Source: Alphaproteobacteria bacterium (lineage in GTDB: Bacteria > Pseudomonadota > Alphaproteobacteria > GCA-2731375). From it: DNA of 64,000 nucleotides. The translations under genes were made by a program, and so were the position numbers. The stretch covers positions 32,001 to 96,000 of the forward strand of contig CBDDBZ010000033.1 of NCBI GenBank assembly GCA_965225945.1. The letters are read 5' to 3'. Under the pieces are notes generated by a model. It worked only from the letters and a program-made list of their open reading frames with translations. It had not been told where the DNA came from and made no database searches. Positions 1-10,997 of the stretch are shown one piece after another (the stretch's first letter is position 1; every line of letters begins with the position of its first letter).

Positions 1-1038
1 GGTGAAGCCCTGGCCCGGCGCGTCGCGATCCTTGGCTGGCGCGAACATGGTGCCGGTGAAGAGCAGCAGGCCGTCGGGGAACTGGTTGTGGGCGCCGATC
101 GCTTGGCCCGCGAGGTCGGCGACGTCACGGCTGATCTCGGCCAGCGACGAGGCGCCGTCGAGAACGAAGCCGTCGCGTCCCTCGACCCTGAGTGCGATCT
201 CCATCGCCCGGACCTCGTCGAGCCCGAAACTCTCGTCGAACAGACGGATGAAAGGACCGACGGCGCACGACGCGCGGTTGTCCTTCGCCTTGCCCAGGAG
301 CAGCGCGCTCCGCCCCTCGAAATCGCGCAGATTGACGTCGTTGCCGAGGGTGGCGCCGACGATCTCGCCCGAGGGCGCGATCGCCAGCACGACCTCGGGT
401 TCCGGATTGTTCCAGTTGGAGGTAGGCAGGATGCCGATCTCCTCCCCCGGACCGACCGCCGCCATCGGCTGTGCCTTGGTGAAGATCTCCGCGTCCGGGC
501 CGATGCCGACCTCGAGATAGGGCGACCAGAGGCCGCGCTGCTGGAGGACCTGTTTGACCCGCAAGGCGTCGTCGGAGCCGGGCACGACGTCGCGCAGGTT
601 GTCGCCGATCTGCTCGGCGATCTCGTGGCGGATCTCGACCGCGCGGTCGGGATCGCCCTTCGCCTGCTCCTCGATCACCCGCTCCAGCATGCTGGCGACG
701 AAGGTGACGCCGCAGGCCTTGAGCGCCTGCAGATCGGACGGCGCCAGGAAGTGCGCCTTGTCCCGATCGCGACGATCATGGCGGCTCTCCGCCAACAGCT
801 CGGCGACGTCGCCGAGGCGCGGCCCCCTCGCCGCGCGCACGCGAAGCGCCGGCGCTTTCAGGGACAGCAGGCCGGCCAAGGTCGGCGCCAGGGCGGAGAG
901 ATCGACGACAGCCTCCCCGTCCACACACACCGGAACCGGCCCGCCCGGTCGGCCCGGCGCCCACGCCCGGCCGACCAGACATGCGGCGGCGGCGTCCGTC
1001 GGCAGAACCGTTTCGGGGCTCAGATCCATCTCGCGCAT
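1..1038 (-). CDS. Fumarylacetoacetate hydrolase (FAH) family protein, 3' end runs off the window
   Basis: Not in the ORF track because no stop lies in the window. The reverse complement reads MREMDLSPETVLPTDAAAACLVGRAW...QFPDGLLLFTGTMFAPAKDRDAPGQGFT, which matches alphaproteobacterial FAH-family proteins. A GGAGAA RBS precedes the ATG at 1038. Confidence 0.8.
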   Translation of the reverse strand, partial: MREMDLSPETVLPTDAAAACLVGRAWAPGRPGGPVPVCVDGEAVVDLSALAPTLAGLLSLKAPALRVRAARGPRLGDVAELLAESRHDRRDRDKAHFLAPSDLQALKACGVTFVASMLERVIEEQAKGDPDRAVEIRHEIAEQIGDNLRDVVPGSDDALRVKQVLQQRGLWSPYLEVGIGPDAEIFTKAQPMAAVGPGEEIGILPTSNWNNPEPEVVLAIAPSGEIVGATLGNDVNLRDFEGRSALLLGKAKDNRASCAVGPFIRLFDESFGLDEVRAMEIALRVEGRDGFVLDGASSLAEISRDVADLAGQAIGAHNQFPDGLLLFTGTMFAPAKDRDAPGQGFT

Positions 1039-1068
1039 GGCGTTCTCCCGCCGCTGTCTCGGCCCACA

Positions 1069-2190
1069 CTAGGGCTTCTTCGGTCGATCCGCCTTCAGGC
1101 GATGCAACAGAGCCCGGGTGAGAACCCCGTCCCGGGCCAGGCTCTTCTCGCCCTGATAGGCGGCGAGCGCGCGGCGCGTCTCGGGCCCGAGCCTGCCGTC
1201 GAGCTCGCCCGGCCGGTAGCCGAGCGCCAGCAGCGCCACCTGGGCGAAAACCACCGAAGGCGGGTCGTCCACCGGCGCGTCGTCCCCCGCCGCCTCCGGT
1301 ACCGGCCAGGGCCGCCAGGCGCGCCAGCGTTCGATGGCCCGCTCGAGCTCGCCCTCGGCCATCATCTCCTCGACGACGCGGAGCAGCCGGTCGGCGTCGC
1401 CGAGGCCGGAATGCGAGGCGACGGAAAGCCAGACATGGGCCGCCACCAAGTTTCGCGGCACGCCCAAGCCGCCGAGGTGGAAGAGCCCGACCTTGTATTG
1501 CGCGCCGGCGAGGCCGAGCCCGGCGGCGCGCGCATACCAGCGGGCCGCCCAGGCGCGGTCGCGTTCGCCGTGCCAGCCGTCGCTGTAGGCATCGCCGCTG
1601 AGGTATTGGGCATGGGCTTGGTTCTGCTCCGCCGCGGCCTCCAGCCATTCGACCGCCTTGATCTCGTCCCTGGGCACGCCCCGGCCCAGGTGATAGGCGA
1701 TGCCGAGCAGATACTGCGCCTCCGCGTTGCCGCGCGCCGCCGCGCGCTGGAACCAACGCGCGCCCTTGGTCGGATTCAGCTGCCGGCCATCGCCCCGGTA
1801 GTAGGCGCGGCCGGTCAGCAACTGGGCTTCGATATGGCCGGCGCGGGCGGCGCGCTCGTACCAGTCCATCGCCAGCTTTTCGTCCCGGACGACGCCGAGG
1901 CCCTCCTCGCGGAGGCGCGCGACCAGGAAGGTGGAATCGCCGTGGCCCCGGTCGGCGGCGCCGCGAAGCAACTGGTAGGCGGCTTCCGGATCGCGCGGCA
2001 CGCCGTCGCCGTTCAGGTAGCGTAGCGCCAGTCGGAACTCCGTGGTGGCGTCGCTCACGGCCGACGGGGGATCGGGGTACCATGACCACTCGCCGCTCGG
2101 CGCCTCCTCGCCCAAGCAACCGGCGAGCCAACAGACGGCGGCGGAGGCGGCGATCAGACGGCGGGCGATGACGAAATCCGGGCCCGGCAT
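1069..2190 (-). CDS. Sel1-like repeat lipoprotein with C-terminal peptidoglycan-binding domain
   Basis: Repeated A(Q/E)xxLGxxYxxGxGVxxDxxxAxxW Sel1 units; C-terminal QxALxxLGYxPGxxDGxxGxxTRxALxAYQ PG-binding motif; lipobox-like WLAGC. Start placed at MPGPDF (uncertain). Confidence 0.85.
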   Translation of the reverse strand: MPGPDFVIARRLIAASAAVCWLAGCLGEEAPSGEWSWYPDPPSAVSDATTEFRLALRYLNGDGVPRDPEAAYQLLRGAADRGHGDSTFLVARLREEGLGVVRDEKLAMDWYERAARAGHIEAQLLTGRAYYRGDGRQLNPTKGARWFQRAAARGNAEAQYLLGIAYHLGRGVPRDEIKAVEWLEAAAEQNQAHAQYLSGDAYSDGWHGERDRAWAARWYARAAGLGLAGAQYKVGLFHLGGLGVPRNLVAAHVWLSVASHSGLGDADRLLRVVEEMMAEGELERAIERWRAWRPWPVPEAAGDDAPVDDPPSVVFAQVALLALGYRPGELDGRLGPETRRALAAYQGEKSLARDGVLTRALLHRLKADRPKKP

Positions 2191-2328
2191 GGCGCGAGTT
2201 TCTCGAATTCTCTCTCGCCAGACAACCGTCGCTTCCGGGAAGGCGACGCGAGCCCGCCGTCGTTTGAGCGCCGGGCCCCTTCGCGCTATCGTGGCTGCCC
2301 GCGCGGCAACGGCCGGGGGACGAATTTC

Positions 2329-2344
2329 GGGGGGGGGGGGGGGG
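2329..2344 (+). repeat. Homopolymer G16 tract
   Basis: 16 consecutive G, ending 9 bp before the GTG start of the glycosyltransferase. Confidence 0.9.
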
Positions 2345-2353
2345 TAGACGAGA

Positions 2354-3295
2354 GTGACGGCAAGGGATTGCACCCCCGAGTCCGCCGACGGCGAGGCGGA
2401 GCAGCCACGTCTCGCGGTGGTGATACCGGCCTACAACGAAGAGCATGGCGTGGGCGAATCACTGCCGAGCCTGCTTCGGGCGTTGGCAGGCGGAATGCCG
2501 CCCGCCGAGGTTATTGTCGTCGATGATGGCTCGCGCGACGACACCGCGCGCGCGAGCGAGCGGTTGCTGGCGGAGCACGCCGATGCACGGCTGTTGCGAC
2601 ACGACGAAAACCGAGGCTATGGCGCCGCCCTCAAGACCGGGATTCTGGCGACCGAGGCCGAGCTGATCGCGATCACCGATGCCGACGGTACCTATCCGAG
2701 CGACCGGCTGCCGGAACTCTGCGCCAAGCTGGTGGCGGAGGGCCATGACATGGTGGTCGGGGCACGGACTGGCGCCAACGTCTCCATCCCGCTGGTTCGC
2801 CGGCCGGTGAAATGGGTGCTCGCCCGCCTGATCGACGTGATCGCCGATGCGCGCGTGCCGGATGCAAATTCGGGGCTTCGGGTGTTTCGCCGCGACGTGG
2901 TGCTACGCTTCCTGCCGCTCTTGCCCGACGGCTTCTCCTTCACCACGACGATCACCCTCGCCATGCTGGTCAACGGCTATCGGGTCGCTTTCGTGCCGAT
3001 CGACTATCACCACCGGGTCGGCCGCTCGAAGATCTCGCCCGTCCGCGACACGCTGCGCTTCGTCCGCCTGATCGTCATGGTCGGGCTCTATTTCGCGCCG
3101 CTCCGCGTCTTCATACCGTTCGCCGGGTTCCTGTTTCTGCTCGCGGTCCTCTGGGCGCTGGTGAGTTATTTCCTGTTGGGCGAGCTCGCCGACGTCTCGA
3201 CCCTGGTGATCGTCATGGCCTCGGTACAGGTGGCGAGCCTCGGACTCCTGGCCGAACTGATCAACCGCCGGCTCCACAACGACCTCGAGCACTGA
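2354..3295 (+). CDS. GT2 glycosyltransferase, polyprenol-phosphate (DPM1/GtrB/ArnC-like) type
   Basis: VVIPAYNEE, VVDDGSxD, NRGYGAA and DADG motifs; RxGxSK motif; two C-terminal TM helices. Confidence 0.9.
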   Translation: MTARDCTPESADGEAEQPRLAVVIPAYNEEHGVGESLPSLLRALAGGMPPAEVIVVDDGSRDDTARASERLLAEHADARLLRHDENRGYGAALKTGILATEAELIAITDADGTYPSDRLPELCAKLVAEGHDMVVGARTGANVSIPLVRRPVKWVLARLIDVIADARVPDANSGLRVFRRDVVLRFLPLLPDGFSFTTTITLAMLVNGYRVAFVPIDYHHRVGRSKISPVRDTLRFVRLIVMVGLYFAPLRVFIPFAGFLFLLAVLWALVSYFLLGELADVSTLVIVMASVQVASLGLLAELINRRLHNDLEH

Positions 3296-3301
3296 ACGTC
3301 A

Positions 3302-4966
3302 TTATTTCGGGCCGTAAAGGCGGAAGGGACCCGGCCGTTCGACTTCCGCGACTATTCGATAGTCGCGCTTCAGCGCCGCCATGAAGGGGCCGAGTAGCGG
3401 GCTCGGCGCCCGCTCGGCCCGGCCGGCCAACAGGATATAGTCCATGCGCCGCCCGGCGACGGGGTCGTTGAAGCGTTCCAGCGCCGGCACCGCCAGCACA
3501 TGGGCCACGCCGTCGTCGGGCATGGCGGTCATGTAGTTGTGCAGGTCCATCTCCGGGCGGTAGTGGACCGGGAAATTACGTGAATGGGCCTGATAGGCGT
3601 TGAGGAAGACGATGCCGCGCGCCGCCCCGGCGTAGCCCGCGTGATGCAGCAGCGGATTCGCTCGCCACGAGGGATCGGGCTCGCCGGGCGGGCTCTCGAG
3701 CGGGCCGACGAAGAGCGTGTAGAGCGTGCTGTTCGCCGCCATCTCGTCGAACAGGGTGTCGAGCGAAAGGCGATAGGCGTCGATCTCGCGATATTGGACG
3801 TTTCGATGGATCGGCAGCGCCAGCGCGAGGACGAACAGCGCGGCGGTCATCGTTCGCTGGAAGCTGGCGCTCATCGCCCGCGAGGCGAGCCAGAGCGCCA
3901 GCGTGATGTGGATATAAGGCTGCAGCCGGTGCATCAGCATGCCGCCACCGCCGAAATCCAGCGGTACGGCGAAGAACAGCGCCACCAAGACGGCGAAGGC
4001 GAACAGCAGGCGGTGATCGCCCTGCTCCTCGCGCCGGCCGAGCCGAAGATAGCGATAGACCATCAACACGATGGCGATCAGCAGACCTGAGGCGAACGGC
4101 AGATCAATCTTGCCATAAGCGACGACATAGCTTTGCGACAGCAGGAGATAGAGCCGGTAGGCGAGGCCCGAGCCGTCGTGGAACGGGCTTGCCGGCGTCT
4201 GCTGGCTGTAGGCCACGAAGGCCAGGATCGCCACCGCCGTCGGCAACAGCGCGAGAGCGGGGGGAAGCGCGTGGCGGCGAAAGCCGGCGACCCAGGAAAT
4301 CGCCTCGCCGTCGGCCCCGCGCCGGAGCGTGATCCAGCGCCAGAGCCCCGAGAGCCCGACGATGGTGACGATCGCCATCGCCGCGAAGATGTGGGTCGCG
4401 TAACCGAGGAGCGCGGCGAGCCCGAGCCAGAGCCAGTCGCGAAGCCGCGCCCGAGCCTCCGCCCGGAAGTACGCCGCAATTGCGATCAAAGCGGCGATTT
4501 GACCGTAGCAGTAGTTGTAGAAGCCGAAGTGGAACAACATACCGTAGCCGATCGGCAGGATCAGCAGAACGGCGATCCAGGCCTGCGCGCCCAGCGCCCG
4601 CGCGCAGAACCAGGTCGCGAGCGGCAGGCCCAGGAGATAGCCGCTGATCAGAATCTTCTCCGCGACCTGGGGCGAGGCGAGCTCCAGCAGCCAGCGCAGA
4701 AACACGAAGATCGTGAGGTTGGGCACCGGCCGCCATTCGGTGGTGAAGTAGGCGCGGAAAGCCTCGAAGGCGGGCGCGTCGTAAAACGCGACCACGGCGG
4801 CCATGAAGACGTGAATGGCGCCGTCCCCGGTCGGTGGCGGCAGGTCGGGAAGCCAGACCGGACCCATCAGCGCCAGGGCGAGAACGGCCGCGCCCGCCGG
4901 CGCGAGCCAGGACGAGCGAAATTCGTCCGCTGTCTTCCCCTCGGGCGGGGATGTTGGCGTGGTCAT
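3302..4966 (-). CDS. Polytopic membrane protein, probable GT-C fold glycosyltransferase
   Basis: About 11-12 hydrophobic segments, an early loop motif PPxGDGxxH, and a soluble C-terminal domain; convergent with the GT2 gene. The upstream part of the listed ORF (to 5098) runs into an IS scar. Confidence 0.6.
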   Translation of the reverse strand: MTTPTSPPEGKTADEFRSSWLAPAGAAVLALALMGPVWLPDLPPPTGDGAIHVFMAAVVAFYDAPAFEAFRAYFTTEWRPVPNLTIFVFLRWLLELASPQVAEKILISGYLLGLPLATWFCARALGAQAWIAVLLILPIGYGMLFHFGFYNYCYGQIAALIAIAAYFRAEARARLRDWLWLGLAALLGYATHIFAAMAIVTIVGLSGLWRWITLRRGADGEAISWVAGFRRHALPPALALLPTAVAILAFVAYSQQTPASPFHDGSGLAYRLYLLLSQSYVVAYGKIDLPFASGLLIAIVLMVYRYLRLGRREEQGDHRLLFAFAVLVALFFAVPLDFGGGGMLMHRLQPYIHITLALWLASRAMSASFQRTMTAALFVLALALPIHRNVQYREIDAYRLSLDTLFDEMAANSTLYTLFVGPLESPPGEPDPSWRANPLLHHAGYAGAARGIVFLNAYQAHSRNFPVHYRPEMDLHNYMTAMPDDGVAHVLAVPALERFNDPVAGRRMDYILLAGRAERAPSPLLGPFMAALKRDYRIVAEVERPGPFRLYGPK

Positions 4967-5042
4967 GCGGGATCCCTCGCCGACGTCGACCAGACGTCGC
5001 CGGGCGAAGTCTATCGGGCGCTCTTCGGGCTGCCATCCGTTC

Positions 5043-5163
5043 GGCATGGTATCACGACGGCATTTACGTAGGACGTTGAAAAGGTTGTAGTGATTCACCC
5101 ATTCACTCCACGACGAGTCAAGAGGGAAATCATGCGAGCAACCCGATCAACGCCCTGCGTGAG
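5043..5163 (+). mobile_element. Isolated left-end remnant of an IS4-family element (near copy of 20407-20525)
   Basis: ggcatggt.cacgacggcatttacgtaggacgttgaaaaggttgtag...aacccgatcaacgccctgcgtgag is almost identical to the start of the IS4 at 20409. Confidence 0.85.
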
Positions 5164-5301
5164 ATCCGAATCCGAATGGAACGAACCGGTGCGGTTTCAT
5201 CCGTTCGGATAAAGTTGCTCTATTTTTCAATAAGTATAGAGTAGCCCGAGATCGCGCGCCTGAAGGGACTTTCCGCTCGGCCGGATATCACGCCGAGCGG
5301 G

Positions 5302-5480
5302 ATGGACAGGAAAGCCCGTGCGCTGGCGAAGGCGGGCCGGGCCGCCGACAAGGCCAGTCGCGGGGCCGAGTTGGGCCGGGTTTCGATTGACCAGAAATGG
5401 CTCGTCGAGATCGCCGCGCCGGCGGGCTCGCGCTTCAAGGGCGATGCGGATTATCTCATCCAGGACCTCATCCGCCTGCC
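5302..5480 (+). pseudogene. Transposase fragment (IS66-related large transposase)
   Basis: Peptide PAGSRFKGDADYLIQDL resembles the 'P.GSRFKGY..F.VQDL' motif of these transposases; no full ORF. Confidence 0.45.
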
Positions 5481-5569
5481 GCCCGCCTCTCACGCCCCTT
5501 CCCGAGACACGCTCCTTGAAAGTCCGAAAATCCTTTAAGAACAAATCTTTAGCGACCCATTTCAAACTG

Positions 5570-5596
5570 CTTGACAGCTCGGAGCGATGCCGATAT
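5570..5596 (+). promoter_or_regulatory. RpoH (sigma32)-type promoter of groESL
   Basis: CTTGAC-N14-CCGATAT directly upstream of CIRCE; resembles the alphaproteobacterial CTTG..CC/TATAT consensus. Confidence 0.65.
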
Positions 5597-5601
5597 ACCG
5601 C

Positions 5602-5628
5602 CTAGCACTCACATTCCGAGAGTGCTAG
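5602..5628 (+). promoter_or_regulatory. CIRCE operator (HrcA site)
   Basis: CTAGCACTC-N9-GAGTGCTAG perfect inverted repeat, 40 bp upstream of groES. Confidence 0.95.
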
Positions 5629-5668
5629 CAGCGATGTTGGCGAGAAACAGTCGAGTGGAGGATCAACC

Positions 5669-7608
<1,940 letters not shown>

Positions 7609-7630
7609 GCCGCCGCCACCGCGCGAAACC

Positions 7631-7661
7631 AAGGGGCCGCCCCGGGGGGCGGCCCCTTTTT
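7631..7661 (+). terminator. Rho-independent terminator of groESL
   Basis: AAGGGGCCGCCCC-GG-GGGGCGGCCCCTT hairpin followed by a T run. Confidence 0.9.
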
Positions 7662-7699
7662 CGTCGGGCGGGCGCCGGTGATAGGCTTTCGCCCACGGC

Positions 7700-7774
7700 C
7701 TACAGATACACCGTTCCCCCATCCACCATGATGTTCTGGCCGGTGACGATCGCGACCCTGCCCTCCAGTTGCAT
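7700..7774 (-). pseudogene. Collapsed SDR gene (N-terminus joined directly to C-terminus)
   Basis: 24-aa ORF MQLEGRVAIVTG|QNIMVDGGTVYL with a GAGGGAG RBS: the first strand of a FabG-like SDR joined to its terminal VTGQxxxVDGG motif. Confidence 0.8.
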
Positions 7775-7844
7775 GCCGTCTTCCTCCCTCGGGTGCGAAA
7801 TTCGCAGCGACCCTAGGCGCCCCGCCCGGCACCGGTCAATGGCT

Positions 7845-8020
7845 GGTGCCCGAACACCTCGAGTTCGCGGCAAAGCGCCACGAACTCCCAAAACACCCGC
7901 CGGAAGGCCGTCCGATCGACGCGCCGGAAGTCGGCGATCGTCTCGAAGTCGGGCGACAGACGGCGCAACAGGCGGGTCACCTCGATATCGCGCTCGGTCT
8001 CGACCTCCAGCGGGCTTTTG
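7845..8020 (-). pseudogene. IS1182-family transposase fragment
   Basis: Reverse strand reads LEVETERDIEVTRLLRRLSPDFETIADFRRVDRTAFRRVFWEFVALCRELEVFG, matching the IS1182 'PDFKTIADFRRDN' motif. Confidence 0.75.
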
Positions 8021-8849
8021 TCGAAGATGGAACTAATTAACGGTTATGATGTATCGTCGAGGCACCTGATGATTCGTGACGGTGTCGGCGTTTCCACGAC
8101 CGGTCGGTCTCGGTCAAGAAATGCAGCACGTGGAAATATGGGCCAATCATGCAATTAGGTAGTCTTGTGCTTGCCAAGGGAATGGTATCTCGCGATGCCC
8201 TTGAACAGGCGCTGGTCTATCAGCGCGAGCACGGTGGGCAAATCGGCGATTGCCTGATCACGCTTGGCGCGCTTGCGGCCGAAGAGATTAACGATGTGCT
8301 CAGCGAGGTGCCGACATCGCCGCGCAACGCCGAGGAAATAGACATTGATCCGGTCTTCTTGCTCCAGCTGATGATCAAGGGAATCTACTCTGAAAACCTG
8401 GAGAGGCCCTCCCAGATCTCGAACGCCCTGAAGCTGGCGAACAGCGTTGTCACCACACTTTTGAAGAATGCCGTGGATCGCAAGCTGGTGGAGGCCGTTG
8501 GCCAAGCCGACAGTCCCTCCGGCAGGCTCGCCGAGATGCGATATGCGTTGAGCGGCGCGGGGCGTGATTGGGCGCTCGAGTCCCTGGAGCGATGCCAATA
8601 CTCCGGGCCGGCGCCGGTGTCGCTACAGGCTTATACGGAACGGATCGCACGGCAGCGGATCACCAACGAACGGGTGAGCCGGCCGGTGATGGAGGCGGCT
8701 TTCAAGGACCTTGTGATTCCCGATCGATTTCTAAGCCGCCTCGGCCCCGCCATCAATTCTGGCTCGGCCATACTGATCCACGGACCGACGGGCAATGGCA
8801 AGACGACGATCGCGGAAGTTATCGGCCAGATCTTTCAGAATGTGATTTA

Positions 8850-9987
8850 TACTCGCCTCACCCCAGAACCCGAAAATCCTTGTGCGAGATGATTCGGAAA
8901 TTGTCGGTGATGGTGTCGCGCCACGTCGTCCACTCTCGTGGCAGTCGTCGGCGGAAGAAATCGTCGATGGCTTCGGTGAAGAGGGCGAAGCTGGCGTAGA
9001 AGCTGTTGTGGGTCACCTCGCGATGCATGACGCCCCATAATCGCTCGATGGCGTTGAGGTGGGGAGCGTAGGACGGTTGGAAGATGAGCTTGATGCGGCA
9101 ACCCGGTCTCTCCAGCCATTGTCGGACCAGGCGGGCGTGGTGATAGCGGGCATTGTCGGCGAAGACATAGATCCGCGACTTGCCGGGATTGGTGGCCTCC
9201 AGCATCTCGAACAGCGCGATCGTCGAGGCGGCGTTGATCCTCTCGGCCTGGACCAAGGGGCAGTGGAAGTTTTCCAGGTTGAGCGCGCCGTGGAGATTGA
9301 TGCGCTGGCGCCCCGAGGTCCGGCGTAACGCCACTTTGTCGCCCTTCTTGACCCAGCCATGGACTGGGCGGGACTGGAATTCCGGGTGCACCGCATCGGC
9401 GAAGTAGACCACCTCGTCGGCGGCCAAGCCGTTGAGCAACTTATCATAGGCCTCGATAAAGGCGGCCTGCTCGGCCTCATCGGCCTGAGCCGGCAGGCTT
9501 TTCGGGCGCTTGTATTCGAAGCCCAGGCGATGCATCACCTTGATGCAGCCCGAATGGCTGTAGATCACTCCGTAGGTCGCCTTGATATGGGCCGCCACCT
9601 CGCCGGTATCGCGGTAAAGCCGTTGGCTCAGATGGGCCGAAAGCTCCGCCTCTTGCTCCCGGCTCAGATGGCCCGACCGGCCATGCCAGTCGAACAGCGT
9701 CATTTCATCCAGGCCGCCCGCACGGTAGCGCTTCAGCCACGTCCGCACCGTGTCGTCGTCGAGGTAGAGCACCTTCGCCACCTCGACGCAGCTCAAGCCG
9801 TCATCCAAGAGCAGAACGGCGTTCGCGCGGCGCGCCACCCCGTGGGTCTCGCTCGGATGCCCCATCACCGCCTCCAGGGCCGCGCGTTCCTCGATGCTCA
9901 GAAATCCACCGCGAATCATGACCGCGAGAAGAATCGATCCGCAGCCGGATTGCCAGAACTTTTTCGGGTCTGCGGGGAGTCGGGGTA
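8850..9987 (-). mobile_element. IS630-family insertion sequence
   Basis: Flanked by duplicated TA (8848-8849 and 9988-9989); imperfect terminal IRs TACTCGCCTCACCCCAGAACCCGAAAA / TACCCCGACTCCCCGCAGACCCGAAAA. Confidence 0.92.
8858..9919 (-). CDS. IS630 transposase
   Basis: HTH N-terminus; DDE motifs FADAVH, DNARYH and PSYAPHLNAIERLW. Confidence 0.95.
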   Translation of the reverse strand: MIRGGFLSIEERAALEAVMGHPSETHGVARRANAVLLLDDGLSCVEVAKVLYLDDDTVRTWLKRYRAGGLDEMTLFDWHGRSGHLSREQEAELSAHLSQRLYRDTGEVAAHIKATYGVIYSHSGCIKVMHRLGFEYKRPKSLPAQADEAEQAAFIEAYDKLLNGLAADEVVYFADAVHPEFQSRPVHGWVKKGDKVALRRTSGRQRINLHGALNLENFHCPLVQAERINAASTIALFEMLEATNPGKSRIYVFADNARYHHARLVRQWLERPGCRIKLIFQPSYAPHLNAIERLWGVMHREVTHNSFYASFALFTEAIDDFFRRRLPREWTTWRDTITDNFRIISHKDFRVLG

Positions 9988-10997
9988 TATATACCCTATT
10001 GCTTCGAAGTCGATGGTCAAATCATCAAAGTTTACGATCCAAGCATTCACAGAGCCATCGAGGAAATTGCCGTCGGAGATGCCGGGACTCCGAATCTTCG
10101 TCGATGGCAAACCGATGATCGTTGGGTACCTTGCTATCGGCCTACTGTTATTGCCGGCGGCGAGTTGACTCTCGCGATGCTCGACCTGCAGTTCAACGAG
10201 ATTGCGAAATTCTATGAAGCGCCGATGCACATCAAGGCGCTCAACGATACATTTGTAATCGACGACTTTGGTCGGCAGCTCGCAAAACCCGAGGACATTC
10301 TCAATCGCTGGATCGTGCCTCTCAACAGCAAGGTGGACTACCTCCGCCTACACACTGGCAAGAACTTTCAGCTTCCGTTCGACGGATTGGTCATGTTTTC
10401 CACGAACTTGCGCCCGTCCGACCTGATGGACCCCGCCTTTCAACGTCGGCTGGCTTATAAGCTCAAGACCGTGGCGCCGTCAGAAGCACTGTTCCCCGAG
10501 ATTTTCGAGAACATCACAAGCAAGCATGGTCTGCAACTCACGGATGAGATCTATGAGAAGGTCTTGGCGGGTATCCGTGCTAACGGCATGCCTTTGGCGT
10601 ATTTTCAACCTAATTTTATCGTGGAACAGGTGATGACTTCCTGTCGGTTCGAAGATATGGAACCGAGACTCACTCTAGAGAATGTCGAAGACGCAATGCT
10701 GAACATGTTCTCCGATGAGAACGACGATGAATTAATTGACTCCGGGCATCCAGATTAGATTGGCCTTCCATCACTTGCCTACTTCGTAGCTGAAAATTCT
10801 TCAAGAACCATTCCCGCGACAAGCCAGCCTCGAGCTTCGGCGCCAGTTTTACGCTCTCGCGGCGCCCGTCGGGCATGTCCGAGGCGTGCCGTGGGACGAA
10901 GGCCCGCGGGTCGGCCTATGGCCCCCGGATCTCGCCAGCAGCCCGCCGGGCGATATGATGGGGACGACGGCCGGGGCGGCGAGGGGGGCGAGGCGAC

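Larger units (their letters stand above)
8149..10758 (+). pseudogene. AAA+ ATPase of unknown function, split by IS630 (parts 8149-8849 and 9990-10758)
   Basis: Walker A GPTGNGKT and Walker B FVIDDFGRQ. Removing 8850-9989 restores a continuous frame (...NVIYIPYCFEVDGQIIKVYDP...). The N-terminus resembles a GspE/MshEN-like QLGxxLxxxG segment. Confidence 0.85.

Noticed and set aside
88-2025. 645-aa plus-strand ORF, and similar long Arg/Gly/Pro-rich ORFs (e.g. 11301-13730, 14819-16405, 58014-60656)
   Set aside because: Shadow ORFs typical of high-GC DNA; they overlap genes with clear family motifs in another frame or strand.
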